A stretch of 64,000 nt of DNA from Eledone cirrhosa (GCA_964016885.1 OZ024742.1:66464001-66528000); one strand, 5' to 3'; shown: positions 1 through 13,690, numbered from the stretch's first letter. Translations and numbers: made by a program. Notes: generated by a model not told the origin, from the sequence alone.

Positions 1-1002
1 AATAGTCCGTTTAAAGAGAGTTTAGTATTACAATATCACATTGCAACCAACCGATCACACAAAAATTTACATTTTTACATAGTGACATTTTAAATATTGA
101 GGGATTATTAGAAGCGACTTAGAATAAATATTTTATTTTATCTCAATTAATTTAAGTATTTGCAATATAGTTGACAAGCACACAACAATTCACATCCCCA
201 AAAGTAAACATTCTACCAACTTCGTTGTTAACGATCTGATTCAAGGGGTTTAAGTTTATTAGATAATTAGCACGCAACTCATACCTCACGTATATTACAC
301 AGAGATACATTAAGGCTGGGATATCAAACACTCCGTAATTACCTCCCACGTCCCCGAAATGATTCTTTCCTCTGTTTAACACCAAATATAGTCGGCTAAA
401 GGAGTTTTATTGTTCGTATTGTTGTCTGGGCGGCTGATGAGTACCAGTTTTGAAGAACCTCCTCCGCTGTACTGTGGTGGCCAGAACTACTGCACTCTTA
501 AAGCAACGGTCGTGCATACATGTTAATTTTGGGCAATATATATATATTATCCAAAATAGAGAGGTGAACAGAACAAAAAGGGAAACATCGAACAGTCCAA
601 TGTTCTCAGTCAACCTCTGGATATTACTACAATTTCGAGGTTTAAGATTGATACTTTTCATTCCAATACACATTGGGACGCAACAAAACACATGTAGAGA
701 CAAAGACAGGACATGTTATGCCTTTCGGAGAATTACACGATTGAAGCCGAAAAAGTATCCTAAGTGCATCAACTGACAAAAAAGATGAATATATATTATA
801 CTGAATGACGCTGATATGAATGTATACATACGTATTGGCAGAGGAACAATAGTTCTTTCAATGCTAACACTTTTCTTTCATGAAAATGACAAGAAACATT
901 AATATTCGATCGTAAAGATTAAATGTAAAAAAAAAAAAAGATACACTGCAACTATGAAAATAATATAGATATATATTAAATAAACTGCTACAAATACTAC
1001 CA

Positions 1003-1062
<60 letters not shown>

Positions 1063-1498
1063 ATAATAATAATAATAATAATAATATTTACAAGAAGATG
1101 GTGATGATAACGAGGGGAGAGGAAAATAAGGATGAGGGTGATTTTGGAAGAGTTGGGAAATAATAAAGAAGAAAAAATCTAATAAAAATAAATAAATATC
1201 CAGCTGATCTTATACATTTACATGTCAAAATTCTCACTATTCTATCACTATATATCATTCATTTGTTCAGTCATATCTATCTATTTATCTAGCTATTGAT
1301 TTTGATCTCTTCATTTCTGTTTTTTTTATAACCATATTTCATTTGTATATCTATTTTACCATATATCTATTTTCCAATACACTGTAGTGTACACACACTC
1401 ACACACATACACACCCACCCACACACCCACATACACACACACAGAGGCGTGCACATGTATATACACACATATATATATGTGAGTTATATATATATATA

Positions 1499-1698
1499 TA
1501 GGAGAACGTTTTGACCCCGACGGCAGAGGTCAAGCCGTTTCGACGGCTATTTCTGGACTAAAAAATAGAAATAGCCGTCGAAATGGCTTGAGCTCTGCCG
1601 TCGGGGTCATACTTTCTCCTATTACCCACTCTACTACCCTAAGCATTGAGTACTCTAGTGCGTTATGGTCCATCTGGTTCCTTACCACAACTCCTTCG

Positions 1699-1700
<2 letters not shown>
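1499..1700 (+). mobile_element. Palindromic PLE/pLTR-derived element (family Q) carrying hammerhead 3' halves
   Basis: Hairpin 1499-1621 with ~55 bp arms, followed by the tail tattacccactctactaccc. Homologous to 60322-60512 and 56677-56860. Flanked by (TA)n. Confidence 0.7.
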
Positions 1701-1749
<49 letters not shown>

Positions 1750-2088
1750 TAATCTCATTCTATTGCTATTCATTATCTATAAGATATTTCATTCTTGGCC
1801 AAACAATCACTTCCTATTGTGTCCATCTTAGAGAGTTCCCGTTTCACCGTAGTTTATGACTACGCCAATACTATATATCGTAGTTTTATGATACAAAAAG
1901 ACATTGTTACACATACGTATACAAGTGCAGTCATAAACACACGCAAACACAGGTAATCATATATACACACACACCACTCATTTATATGTACAAACACACA
2001 CACACACACGGAAATAAATATATATATACTATCTATATCTATATCTATCTATGTACCTGTATCTCTCCCTCTCTCTCCATCTAAATAA

Positions 2089-2121
<33 letters not shown>

Positions 2122-2164
2122 TGTGCGTGTGTATATATATATATACATGTGTGTGTGGGTGTGC

Positions 2165-2254
<90 letters not shown>

Positions 2255-2712
2255 TTAGATGGGGGAGAGAGAGAGAGACGTGCATAGATAGATATAGATA
2301 TAGATAGTTAGACAAATGGGAACAGTATACGCCAATGAAATTATACAATATTTATCACAAGTTACCCTTTGGGACATCTATAAGTTTCGAGTCCTATGCT
2401 TCTTTCTTCTCGTAGGACGCTATTGAATTAATGACACTCGTGTTGGCACACAGTATACAGCAGCTGAACATATCACGAGAGTTTTGTCTATAAATTGAAG
2501 AAAAACAGATAAATAAAGAATACGTTATTTTGAGTATATCACCAAGAAATAATATATATCATAGGACAAAATTCTGCAAAATATATTAAAGATTTCACAA
2601 AATCATACTCTATGTGCATATTAAGACAATACATTTATAGGGGTCATATATAAATTAGCCACCTCGTTCGTTGGTCCCTTCCTGGCTGATTTACAAAAGT
2701 GATATCAACAAC

Positions 2713-2811
<99 letters not shown>

Positions 2812-4708
2812 GAGAGAGAAAGACAAAAAAGTGTACATAGATATTTGTGTGTATGTGCGTGTATAAACGAGATGTTTGCATCCCAACGCAAGTGTCTATA
2901 AATTTAGCCAATAACTGTGTATAATAGTTAAAAAAACAATCTTTGGGACGGATAAATGTAGACAGAGGCGTTTAAATGAACTCGGCAATTTTCGGGTACC
3001 AGATAAATGCCTTAACCATTATACAAAAAAGATCCAAGCAGACACATTTCAAAATTTAAATTTCTCAAGATTTCCAAACAATTATTTCCAAACAATTATT
3101 TACCGTAAAATCATGAAAGAAGGAATGTCTGGTCCTTTAAGGTACAGGTATAGAATCCCGCATTCGAGATAAGCGGGATTCTATACCTCACTGGCATATA
3201 TTTTCACTCATTTCCGTCACCAGATGTATTATTCCCAATTCTCTCAACTATTATTCCATTATACATACATTGGCAGATACAAATATATATTACATTAACT
3301 ATAGAGTAGTGAACGTTTCCATAGTCAAAAACAGCATATACCACTAATAAATGTAAGTATATATGCAAGTGAATACACACGCACACACACACAAATACAC
3401 ACACAGAAAAAAATAGATATATATGAAAAAAGGGTAGTTTAGTTTGAGAGAAGGAGAGAGCCAGAGGACAGACGGAGGGAGAAAGTAACTTAGCTAAATA
3501 TCATGATATTTAGATGCAATATCTAGCTACATACGAGCATATATTACGATGAAATTAGAGGAAAAATATCTGAAAGAACGGTAGGTTAATTCCTTCAAGA
3601 AATATGAGAATTTTATATTCACCAATGGATGGTTAATGGATCAATTTCCGCCATTTTAAACATTGAATATTGTGTATTTCTAAATTATAATGGAATGCAA
3701 TTCTCATACGTTATGTTAGAAAGAAGTCAAAAATAAGGAAACAAAATAGACGAAATCATGAGAACAAAGCATTATATCTCGGGGGGATTCTTTTCCAGTG
3801 AGTAAATATCGTCAATAAAGTTTAATTTTATATAGAAAATATCGGTAAAGAGCATTTATTCATATACAAAAAGACATTGGTATGTTAATGGAAGAGAAGT
3901 CTGCTAAGTTTTACTTTCATAATTGTTATCTATCTCTAATGGCCTGCCCTAGAAAACTTTATATCCACTTCAGGAAATGAAACTTCCTCGGAGAGATTAC
4001 TTATATTGGTGGCACTCGTTAGCATAGAGGAATTCTCCACCACATATGCCTCTATTGATGTTGTACTGACCATATGTATTATGATCAAGCTTTCGATGCG
4101 GTTGGTCATTTGCAATTATGAGCTCCTTCAGTTGTAAAACTAAATAAGTAATACGTTGAAATTTTACTTCGAAGTTGTTAAAATGATGCATACATTAATT
4201 ACATCCAACTAGACGTGAATTGATAGTTCTTCTATGTAAGACATAAAGTGAGGCCAATATGGTGGTTCAAACTGTCACATATAGCGCAAAACCCCTCAAA
4301 TCAATATATTTTCTCAAAAAGACAAGAGCATGGTAGACAATTTGATTCGAGATGTAGTAGGAAACGTTTTTTTTTCCTCAGATAATTCGCCGCCTTTAAT
4401 AATTTTTACCATTATTCACATGATATCTTTGAAAATACAGGTGAGCCTAAAAAAAAATGACCGTCCGTAAAATCATTTCAATCAACGGGAACAAATAAGC
4501 ATGATTAAACTTAAACAAATCCCTATTTCTACTGCAATACAGACACTTACACACATATGTATGATATATTTTAAATAGAATGCATTAATATTTACGTTGT
4601 TGTGAATCAAACTCCTTTACTACAGAGGCATGTTTATATATATATATAGAGAGAGAGAGGAAAAAAACACCGCGGCATATATGTTGAGGTTCATTCATTT
4701 ATGAATTA

Positions 4709-5797
4709 CTAGCAGTAAAGCTCGGCGTTGCTCGGGATCGCTCAGTAGCTGTGTTAAAGTTACAATGTTAAGTTTCTATTTTGGCTTAAAAACTGTAGTG
4801 TCTACTGTGCAGACTTGCATGTGGTGTTTTTGATTAATATTCCCTCAACCAACAATATGCCTTATGAAGTTAAGAAAACATAACGATAACCCGAATGTTA
4901 TAACAAAAGAGGATGCTGGGGATAAAAACTGCACTGGTTATTTATTAACAAAGATCGAAAATGTAAACACTGCAACGCAGAGAAAAACATTAGCGTAACC
5001 AAATTATCAGTTATGTCTGTCTGCACGCCTATATCACCTCTCTGCACGACTGTCTGTCTGCACGCCTATATCACCTCTCTGCACGACTGTCTGTCTGCAC
5101 GCCTATATCAACTCTCTGCACGACTGTCTGTCTGCACGCCTATATCACCTCTCTGCACGACTGTCGGTCTGCACGCCTATATCACCTCTCTGCACGACTG
5201 TCTGTCTGCACGCCTATATAACCTCTCTGCACGACTGTCTGTCTGCACGCCTAACGAAATTTACAGATACATATATTTTAAATAAACTTATATAATTTTT
5301 GCTTTTTTTTACGAAATATTTGCTTGTTTTACGTAGTCTTTAAATAGACTTGTTTTCAAGTAAAAATATTGTTTTAAAAGGCTTTTAAATGGAAATGAAG
5401 CAAAACGGAAGCTTAGTGTTCGAACTGATGAATTTTGCAGGTCAAAATTTTGCTGGCTCGACAACTGTTCGTGTATTGTGTTAATGTCATTTTAAACGCT
5501 GAGAAAGCCAGCGTAATTTTTTTAATTTTTGCACGCAGAAAATGTAAACAGAACGTAAGACGCTCAATGTAAACAGAACAAAGGGAAATAACTCGTCACT
5601 TACGCTCAAAAATCGATACATTAGATTCGATTTCGTCACATAGGGTGGGTCAATTTGAAATATTTTTTTCCGATGTTTTCGCTAGGGCTCAATGTACAAG
5701 TATAGCAATTTCGGTGCAATTCCGTGAGAGATTCTAAGAGGAGATGTGTGCCAAAAATCGATAGACAGACAGACAACCTCAGTTTTATATATATAGA
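4709..5797 (-). mobile_element. Non-autonomous Helitron
   Basis: Minus strand begins TCTATATATATAAAA then (CTGT)n. It ends with the GC-rich hairpin-like CCCGAGCAACGCCGAG followed by CTAG. Inserted between A and T with no TSD. Confidence 0.85.
5014..5253. repeat. 37-bp minisatellite, about 6.5 copies, inside the Helitron
   Basis: Unit tgtctgtctgcacgcctatatcacctctctgcacgac starts at 5014, 5051, 5088, 5125, 5162, 5199 and 5236. Confidence 0.95.
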
Positions 5798-7060
5798 TTA
5801 GTGATTCTTATACGTGTTTCGGTGCATTATGTAGTCAAAAGTAATTAAATTCAATGTCTTATGGCCTATGAAATCTGGATTATTTTATACTGATGGGCAT
5901 TGTTATAGCATATGCACACATGTGGCTGCCCGAGTGGATTCCAATAGGATGTCATACAGAATTGACGAAATGTCTATGAGAGATTGTATCATGGCTTGGA
6001 TGTTGACAGTAAGACAATCGTTGTTGCGCAATTATCATTATGTTATTAGGAATGTTTTCTAGAGCTTAAATATGCTGAGAACATTTAGTGAAACAGACAT
6101 GCTAAGGTGTTGAGATCACACGTTAAGGCAATTATGGAAGAGTAGTGACGATTTTAAGAAATGTGTACAAGAAGGAAAGGTGGTTAACGTCTTAGTAGAC
6201 TAACAGTTTTTGAAGTTATTTGTAGGCGTCAGTGTTGTAGGAAACATTTCGGCAGAGTTTTGCAGTGAATCTACATTGATTTTACAGTATTTTGAACATG
6301 ATGAATTAAACTTGATAGTGACCCGGATTTAAAATGTTGCAGATGTTTTGCTCACAGTAAATATGGAGTGTCTGAGTTTGAATTGTATATCAGTTTATTT
6401 AAGGGAGGTTTATCTATTAGTGTGAATGTTATCTTATCTGAAATGTTACTTCCGTATAATAAGTGTTCTAGGTATGTTGGACTCATTATTCATAAATTAA
6501 GGTTCTAGATATATGCGCGTAATTTATTTTCTGCTGTTGTGTAATCCAGTGGAAGAGTATACGGGATTGGTTAGTGTGAGGTGCAGATGGGTTGAGGGGG
6601 AATATATGGACAAGTTAGGGTTACATTTAGAGAATGTTTTTAATGCTTTATGTTGGCAATTGAAGGTCCAAACCCGTTCCTAGTTATGATCTCCAGTCAA
6701 GCACCCTATAAAATACTGCCGGTCGTACAATTGATCTCAAAGTTATGTGATGGATTTTACTGTCTTAATTGCCATATTCTTCCGCAAACGAGGTTTATTT
6801 TTGAAGTTACAGTTCTTGTATGGGCGTATAAATAAAGGCAACTCCGCTATATGGGTATATACATATTCATTTTTATAGGGCATTAACCAACTAGAATCGT
6901 GTAATCCACACTCTAATCAGTTAACGGTTATGCCAGTAGAATAAAGCATTTGACGACATGTACTAATTCAAGTTGGTTTTGGTAGTCATGGCGGAATATT
7001 TATAGAATACAGGAAATATTAGCAATGGTTATAAGATGTGCATAAATATATTGACCTATT

Positions 7061-7130
7061 ATACATTATACATGTTTCTCTGGGGTTGATAATTAAATGG
7101 TGAGATTTCCACGAAATCATCAGATGGCAT
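7061..7130 (-). ncRNA. Degenerate type I hammerhead-like motif
   Basis: Minus strand: atgccat CTGATGA ... GAAACATGTATA atgtat. Core boxes present, helix II weak. Confidence 0.35.
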
Positions 7131-7409
7131 TGTAAAGATTATTCCTAGGAAGCGCGTCGTAAAGACTGTTATCATTAAGGTGGTATCATGGCGGTCGGCA
7201 AGCTTAATGGGAACGGGATTTACACGGGCTCACATACCCATAAACGTTATAAGTAGCTTGAATGCTATCTGATGAACACGGTTTAATGCTTGAATGCTAT
7301 GTGATGCTATCTGATGAATCCCACCAACTAATCGCCCATCCCTAAGAAATATATATGTGAGCTGAATAAATGTATGCCAAACTTTACAGCGTCTTCGCAA
7401 ATGATTACT

Positions 7410-7451
<42 letters not shown>

Positions 7452-7517
7452 GTTCCCTGCTAAATATAATATATATATTAGACTATCAAATGAAAGAAAT
7501 GTCTATACATATATGCA

Positions 7518-7598
<81 letters not shown>

Positions 7599-7719
7599 CT
7601 GTGTGTACGCATATATGTATGTATAGACATTTCTTTCAGTTGGTAATCTTATATATGTCTTAAACTTCTACCATATGACATATATATATGTACACACACA
7701 CATATATATATATGTCATA

Positions 7720-7773
<54 letters not shown>

Positions 7774-7794
7774 CATACATATATATATACATAC

Positions 7795-7829
<35 letters not shown>

Positions 7830-7832
7830 CAC

Positions 7833-7897
<65 letters not shown>

Positions 7898-7950
7898 CAT
7901 ACATATAATACATATGATACATACTGTATATATATACATATATATAATAT

Positions 7951-8553
7951 GTCAGGTCACCACTTGGTGCTACTGGTAACATGTATCCCAGTACGACCTG
8001 TCTCATGGTCGGGTCATTGGCGACTAAACTGGCAACCCCACTAAGGTTTCTTGGTGAGGAGGGTGACTTTGGACATCCTACAGGACTAAAAACAAAACCT
8101 GTCAAAGGGCAGAGGAGCTCTTAAGAGTCAATGGCCATTCAAAATCACCGGGAGAGATGACCCCTTAGCCTTTGTCAAGGCAGAATTCTACGAGAAGGAA
8201 AACTCTGATATAACACCTGCAACCCAGATAGTGTCCAATGATGTTGACTTGTTCTTCTTTTTGGTAAATATCATCTTGGTTAAGAGAGTGGGACTGGCTT
8301 TATGCAGTGCCTTTGCTCACTATAAAAGCTTCACGGCACAGGCATTGCTTTGTATCTGGAGATCTCTCTGCACTTGTCGTCACATGGTACCATGTACACT
8401 ATGTGTCAATAATTGTCACAAGTGTAGTGTTTGTGCCAGAGTTTTCAAGTCGCTGGCTGGACTAAAAAGTCACATTCGTTCAGCGCATCGGTAGGGTTTC
8501 TCCTACATGGATATAAAGTAGTGGCCGTACTCGAAAACGAGTTGGCAGCCACC
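7951..8553 (+). mobile_element. Non-autonomous RTE-derived element (RTE-like 5' part fused to a LINE 3' end with C2H2 remnant)
   Basis: 3' part encodes CSVCARVFKSLAGLKSHIRSAH, similar to RTE C-termini. Terminal stem-loop actcg-aaaa-cgagt followed by (AT)n. Second copy at 37577-37980. Confidence 0.65.
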
Positions 8554-8787
8554 ATATATAATATATACTCTATATATATATATATATAAATATATATAAT
8601 ATATACTCTCTATATATATATATATAAATATATATAATATATACTGTATATATATATATAGATATATACAGTATATACTGTATATATATATATATATATA
8701 TAATATATACTGAATATATATATATATATATAATATATACTGTATATATATATAATATATACTGTATATATATATATATAATATATA

Positions 8788-8818
<31 letters not shown>

Positions 8819-9003
8819 ACATATACTGTATATATATATATATAATATATATAATATATATATATATAATATATATAATATATATATAATATATACTGTA
8901 TATATATATATATATATATAATATATACTGTATATATATATATATATAATATATACTGTATATATATATATATATATACATACATACATATATATAATAT
9001 ATA

Positions 9004-9060
<57 letters not shown>

Positions 9061-9062
9061 TG

Positions 9063-9098
<36 letters not shown>

Positions 9099-9105
9099 AT
9101 ACATA

Positions 9106-9141
<36 letters not shown>

Positions 9142-9335
9142 AATACTGTATATATACATACATACATATATATAATATATACTGTATATATATATACATA
9201 CATATATAAAATATATACTGTATATATATATATATATACATACGTATATATAATATATACTGTATATGTATATATATAAATACATATATATAATAGATAC
9301 TGTATATATATATTTATACATATATATAATATATA

Positions 9336-9382
<47 letters not shown>

Positions 9383-9424
9383 TGTATATATCTATATATA
9401 TACATACATATATATAATATATAC

Positions 9425-9466
<42 letters not shown>

Positions 9467-9544
9467 TATGTACATAAATATAATATATACTGTATATATA
9501 TATGCATACATATATATAATATATACTTTATATATATCTACATA

Positions 9545-9599
<55 letters not shown>

Positions 9600-9758
9600 A
9601 TATATTTAGAAACACACAGATACATGCGGACACACACATATACATGAATGCATCCGCACCCAACCGTGAGTTTAGGTATGATACATTTAATTACTAATTA
9701 TATCTAAATGTTTCCTCTCTCTTCATATATATGTATATATATATATATATAATATGTA

Positions 9759-9826
<68 letters not shown>

Positions 9827-9867
9827 GTATATATACATATATATAATATATACTGTATATATATACA

Positions 9868-9927
<60 letters not shown>

Positions 9928-10011
9928 CACAATATAAACTGTATATATATATCTGTATATATATATATATACATATATATATAATATATACTGTATATAT
10001 ATATATATATA

Positions 10012-10083
<72 letters not shown>

Positions 10084-10130
10084 TATAATATATGCTGTAT
10101 ATATATATATCTGTATATATATATATATAT

Positions 10131-10163
<33 letters not shown>

Positions 10164-10260
10164 TATATGTAATATATACTGTATATATATATATCTGTAT
10201 ATATAATATATACGGTATATATATATATATGTATATATAATATATATCTGTATATATATA

Positions 10261-10346
<86 letters not shown>

Positions 10347-10364
10347 ATATACTGTATATATATA

Positions 10365-10412
<48 letters not shown>

Positions 10413-10440
10413 AATTCTTATATATATATATATATATATA
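8554..10440. repeat. Compound (TA)n array punctuated by aatatatactg motifs
   Basis: Direct reading. Interrupted at 9598-9725 by a family D fragment. Confidence 0.95.
9598..9725. mobile_element. Internally deleted fragment of the family D pLTR element
   Basis: Matches 61523-61599 joined to 61707-61762. Confidence 0.75.
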
Positions 10441-10582
10441 AGAATTATAAATTAAAATACTAGAGTGCGTTGGAGTAAAACACACTCGTCATATTATAGA
10501 AATGACAGTATAGGATATAGCTCAATGTAATACAACAGACCCGAAATTATAAAAATAGACAATAGTCTATTTTTATATTTTT

Positions 10583-10650
<68 letters not shown>

Positions 10651-10911
10651 CATATATACATATATACAATATAAACTGTATATATATATATCTGTATATA
10701 TATATATAAGTATGTACACGTACATACATATATGTATACAGACGTACAGTAGTATGTATATATATATACATACATGCACACATTTATATATGTACGTATG
10801 GATTCACCGAACATTTATTATAATGCTCGGTGTGTTTGTAAACAAACATCCCGTATTAAGCCGTAGTGTCCAGCAACCATCGTTGCTCGTTTGTTCAACA
10901 CTGACAAAGGA

Positions 10912-10954
10912 ACGCTGTACTAGTTTCAAGCTTATTAGCTATCGGCAGCAACGT
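10912..10954 (-). ncRNA. Minimal type I hammerhead (family B), core mutated to CUGCCGA
   Basis: acgttg CTGCCGA t-agct-aata-agct-t GAA ACTAGT A cagcgt. Helix I 6 bp, palindromic helix III, GUA site. Confidence 0.75.
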
Positions 10955-11329
10955 ATACCTTCCTGCCAGATTGTTGAACGTATATACTTACGTTATGCAT
11001 ATTAACGGCTGAGTAGCCCAATTTGCATATCGAGTGGGTTAATCGGCCGGGTGCACCGAAAACGATAAACGGAAAAAATGAAACGAAATTTCATTGCCCA
11101 CTCTTAGTACGGCTGTTACTTAAATATAAGTATGTACACGTACATACATATATGTATACAGACGTACAGTAGTATGTATATATATACATACATGCATACA
11201 TATATATATGTACGTATGGATTCACCGAAGATTTATTATAATGCTCGGTGTGTTTCTGAACAAACATCCCGTATTAAGCCGTAGTGTCTAGCAACCATCG
11301 TTGCTCGTTTGTTCAACACTGACAAAGGA

Positions 11330-11372
11330 ACGATGTACTAGTTTCAGGTCTATTAGCTATCGTCAGCAACGT
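11330..11372 (-). ncRNA. Minimal type I hammerhead (family B), intact CUGACGA core
   Basis: acgttg CTGACGA tagctaatagacct GAA ACTAGT A catcgt. Helix II partly decayed. Confidence 0.75.
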
Positions 11373-11396
11373 ATACCTTCCTGCCAGTTCCGTCTG

Positions 11397-11440
<44 letters not shown>

Positions 11441-11456
11441 ATATATACTGTATATA

Positions 11457-11523
<67 letters not shown>

Positions 11524-11549
11524 ATGTAATAAACAACATAAGGCAATTA

Positions 11550-11609
11550 TTCCATTTACCAGTGGTTTCTTAAAAGCAAAAGGTTTTGCTTTCAATCCTC
11601 AGAATGAAA
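11550..11609 (-). ncRNA. Type I hammerhead (family C), canonical
   Basis: tttcatt CTGAGGA ttgaaagcaaaa-cc-ttttgcttttaa GAA ACC-ACT-GGT A aatggaa. Helix I 7 bp, long helix II, GUA site. Confidence 0.9.
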
Positions 11610-11755
11610 AAAATCCTGGTTTGTTTATTGTATTTGGATTTTAAAAAACAAAAATGCAATCTATATGAAAGTGAAGCTGGAGAAGGAAGAAGGAAAGAAA
11701 AAATAAAATAAAACTACACATGCAAACACACACACAAAAACGCAAAAGCATACAT

Positions 11756-11815
<60 letters not shown>

Positions 11816-11818
<3 letters not shown>

Positions 11819-12476
11819 ATATTTAGAAACACACAGATACATGCGGGGACACACATATATACATGAATGCATCCGCACCCAACTGTGAGTTAAGGGTGCC
11901 AACTTCACCGATGTTGCTCAATGAATGACTGGGACAGACCAATTCAGTTGAACTAGACTGAACCAGTATCAGAGTTATAAACACATTATGAAGAGAGAAG
12001 AAACATTTAGATATAATTAGTAATAAAATGTATCATACCTAAACTGCTCCTAAATTCCTCGACTACGTAGTTTCGTGGCATAAACAAAAACAATATATCA
12101 TAAAGACATAGAGTCCCTGCGAGGTCTGCCGACTTATCAAGAGGATACCTCATTTTACTAGTCTCAAGAACGCGTCTACACGACGTGAGAAAGAATCCCA
12201 AAAGGCGGAGGGGGAGATAGTCACGCGATATAACGGTCGAGAAACAGAGCTAAGCCTCCTATAACCACGAAGAAAATACCACGGAGGCGGAGGGGGTATT
12301 CATATCGAGGCCGCAGAAGAGGTGGCGAAGAAGGCGAGAAGTATGAGTAATGGAAGCTTTCCAGTTGTCCCCACACCTCAAAGATTGCTCGAGCAGAGGG
12401 AGTTATTAACAATATATTTAGAAACACACAGATACATGCGGACACACACATATATACATGAATGCATCCGCACCCA
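11816..12476 (-). mobile_element. Family D non-coding pLTR/retrozyme-like element nested in a TA tract
   Basis: Terminal direct repeat 11816-11881 / 12411-12476, period ~595 bp. Near-identical copy at 61100-61622. Confidence 0.75.
12056..12145 (-). ncRNA. Hammerhead variant (family D) with U3-A8 core and long loop II
   Basis: tcctc TTGATAA gtcggca ...~45 nt... tgccac GAA ACTACGTAGT C gagga. Confidence 0.75.
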
Positions 12477-13006
12477 TATATATATATATATATATATACA
12501 TATATACACATATATATAAAACATACACTTATATACACATACACATACATACACATATACACATACGTACATTCATACACACACACATATATATACACAC
12601 ATATATATACATATATATATATATACACATATACACATGCATATATATACATGTGTGTACAAGCATACACATACACAAACATAGCCATACACACACACAT
12701 ATACATACATACATTCACACAATCATACATATATACATACGTACATACATACACATACATAAATGCACTCCTCTACATATTCACACACGCAAATAAATAT
12801 AAGAAAAAAATATATATATATTAAAAATTGTTGACACCGTTACATAAGGCAGCTAACTGGACAGACACGCGTGGTAAGTAATACACACAAATGAACGTAT
12901 ACATACGTACGAAATCGTAAACACATACACACACTCTCACACATAAATATACATATACAAATACATAAACACATACATACACATACATGCACAAACACGC
13001 ACACGT

Positions 13007-13690
13007 AAAAGGAAGATTATTTGGTTCACACCCCCATTCTCTCTAACTGTCAAAACTAATGTAGGAAGGAAATTCCTTGAACTATTAGACAAACATTTTC
13101 CTCCTAATCATAGATATTATAAGATATTTAATAGGAACGTAGTTAAGATCAGCTACTCTTGTTGCCCATCTATGAAGTCCAAAATCACCAGTTCAAACCG
13201 TACGAGAATAAATCCAGGATGCAGTTGCAGGAAGCCGGATGAATGCCCATTGCAGGGTAAATGTAACACGAAATCTGTCGTTTATGAGGCTAAGATAACA
13301 CCAGTAATCAACAACCAGCCAGCCAGGAGTGAGCGATATGTCAGTACGACCCAGGACAGGTTTAAAACCAGATTTTACTCACATGTCGCTTCTTTTAAGC
13401 ACTCCGATAAACGAACATCAACGGCCCTCGCAAGTAAGGTGTGGGAACTCAAGGATAGTAACATCCCGTACTCTATTGATTGGTCTATATTAGACCATTC
13501 AAGGGAGTACCAAAGGGGCACAAAGAATTGTTCTTTGTGTACCACAGAAAAGTATAGGATTTTGCTAAACTTGAGAGCCGCTTCCGCTTGCCTTAACTCA
13601 AAGACTGAGATCTTCAGATGCTGTCCTCATGTGAAATCGCATCTGATCTGTAACTGGATTGACACTCCTATGATAAATCAACCGCCTTGA
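13007..13690 (+). pseudogene. Naiad-type PLE polyprotein C-terminus (linker, Cys-rich knuckle, GIY-YIG endonuclease)
   Basis: Open frame KRKIIWFTPPFS..VKTNVGRKFLELLDKHFP..KIFNRNVVKISYSC..CSCRKPDECPLQGKC..VVY..RYVS..CSLCTTEK..LNSKTE..CPH. Confidence 0.85.

Larger units (their letters stand above)
10704..11387 (-). mobile_element. Tandem ~418-bp retrozyme-like/pLTR unit (about 1.6 copies) with two hammerheads
   Basis: Direct repeat 10704-10967 / 11123-11387, each copy containing an HHR. Confidence 0.75.

Noticed and set aside
5014-5253. 37-bp repeats resembling a CRISPR array
   Set aside because: Head-to-tail with no unique spacers, no cas genes, and located inside a eukaryotic Helitron.
5425-5455. 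CTGATGA followed by a small stem inside the Helitron
   Set aside because: No GAAA box or helix I partner.
5800-7050. Possible decayed PLE ORF 5' region on the minus strand
   Set aside because: No recognisable protein motif could be reconstructed by eye.
7265-7365. Two gctatCTGATGA motifs with a downstream GAAATATATAT
   Set aside because: No helix II pairing and a poor helix I; at best a very decayed relic.
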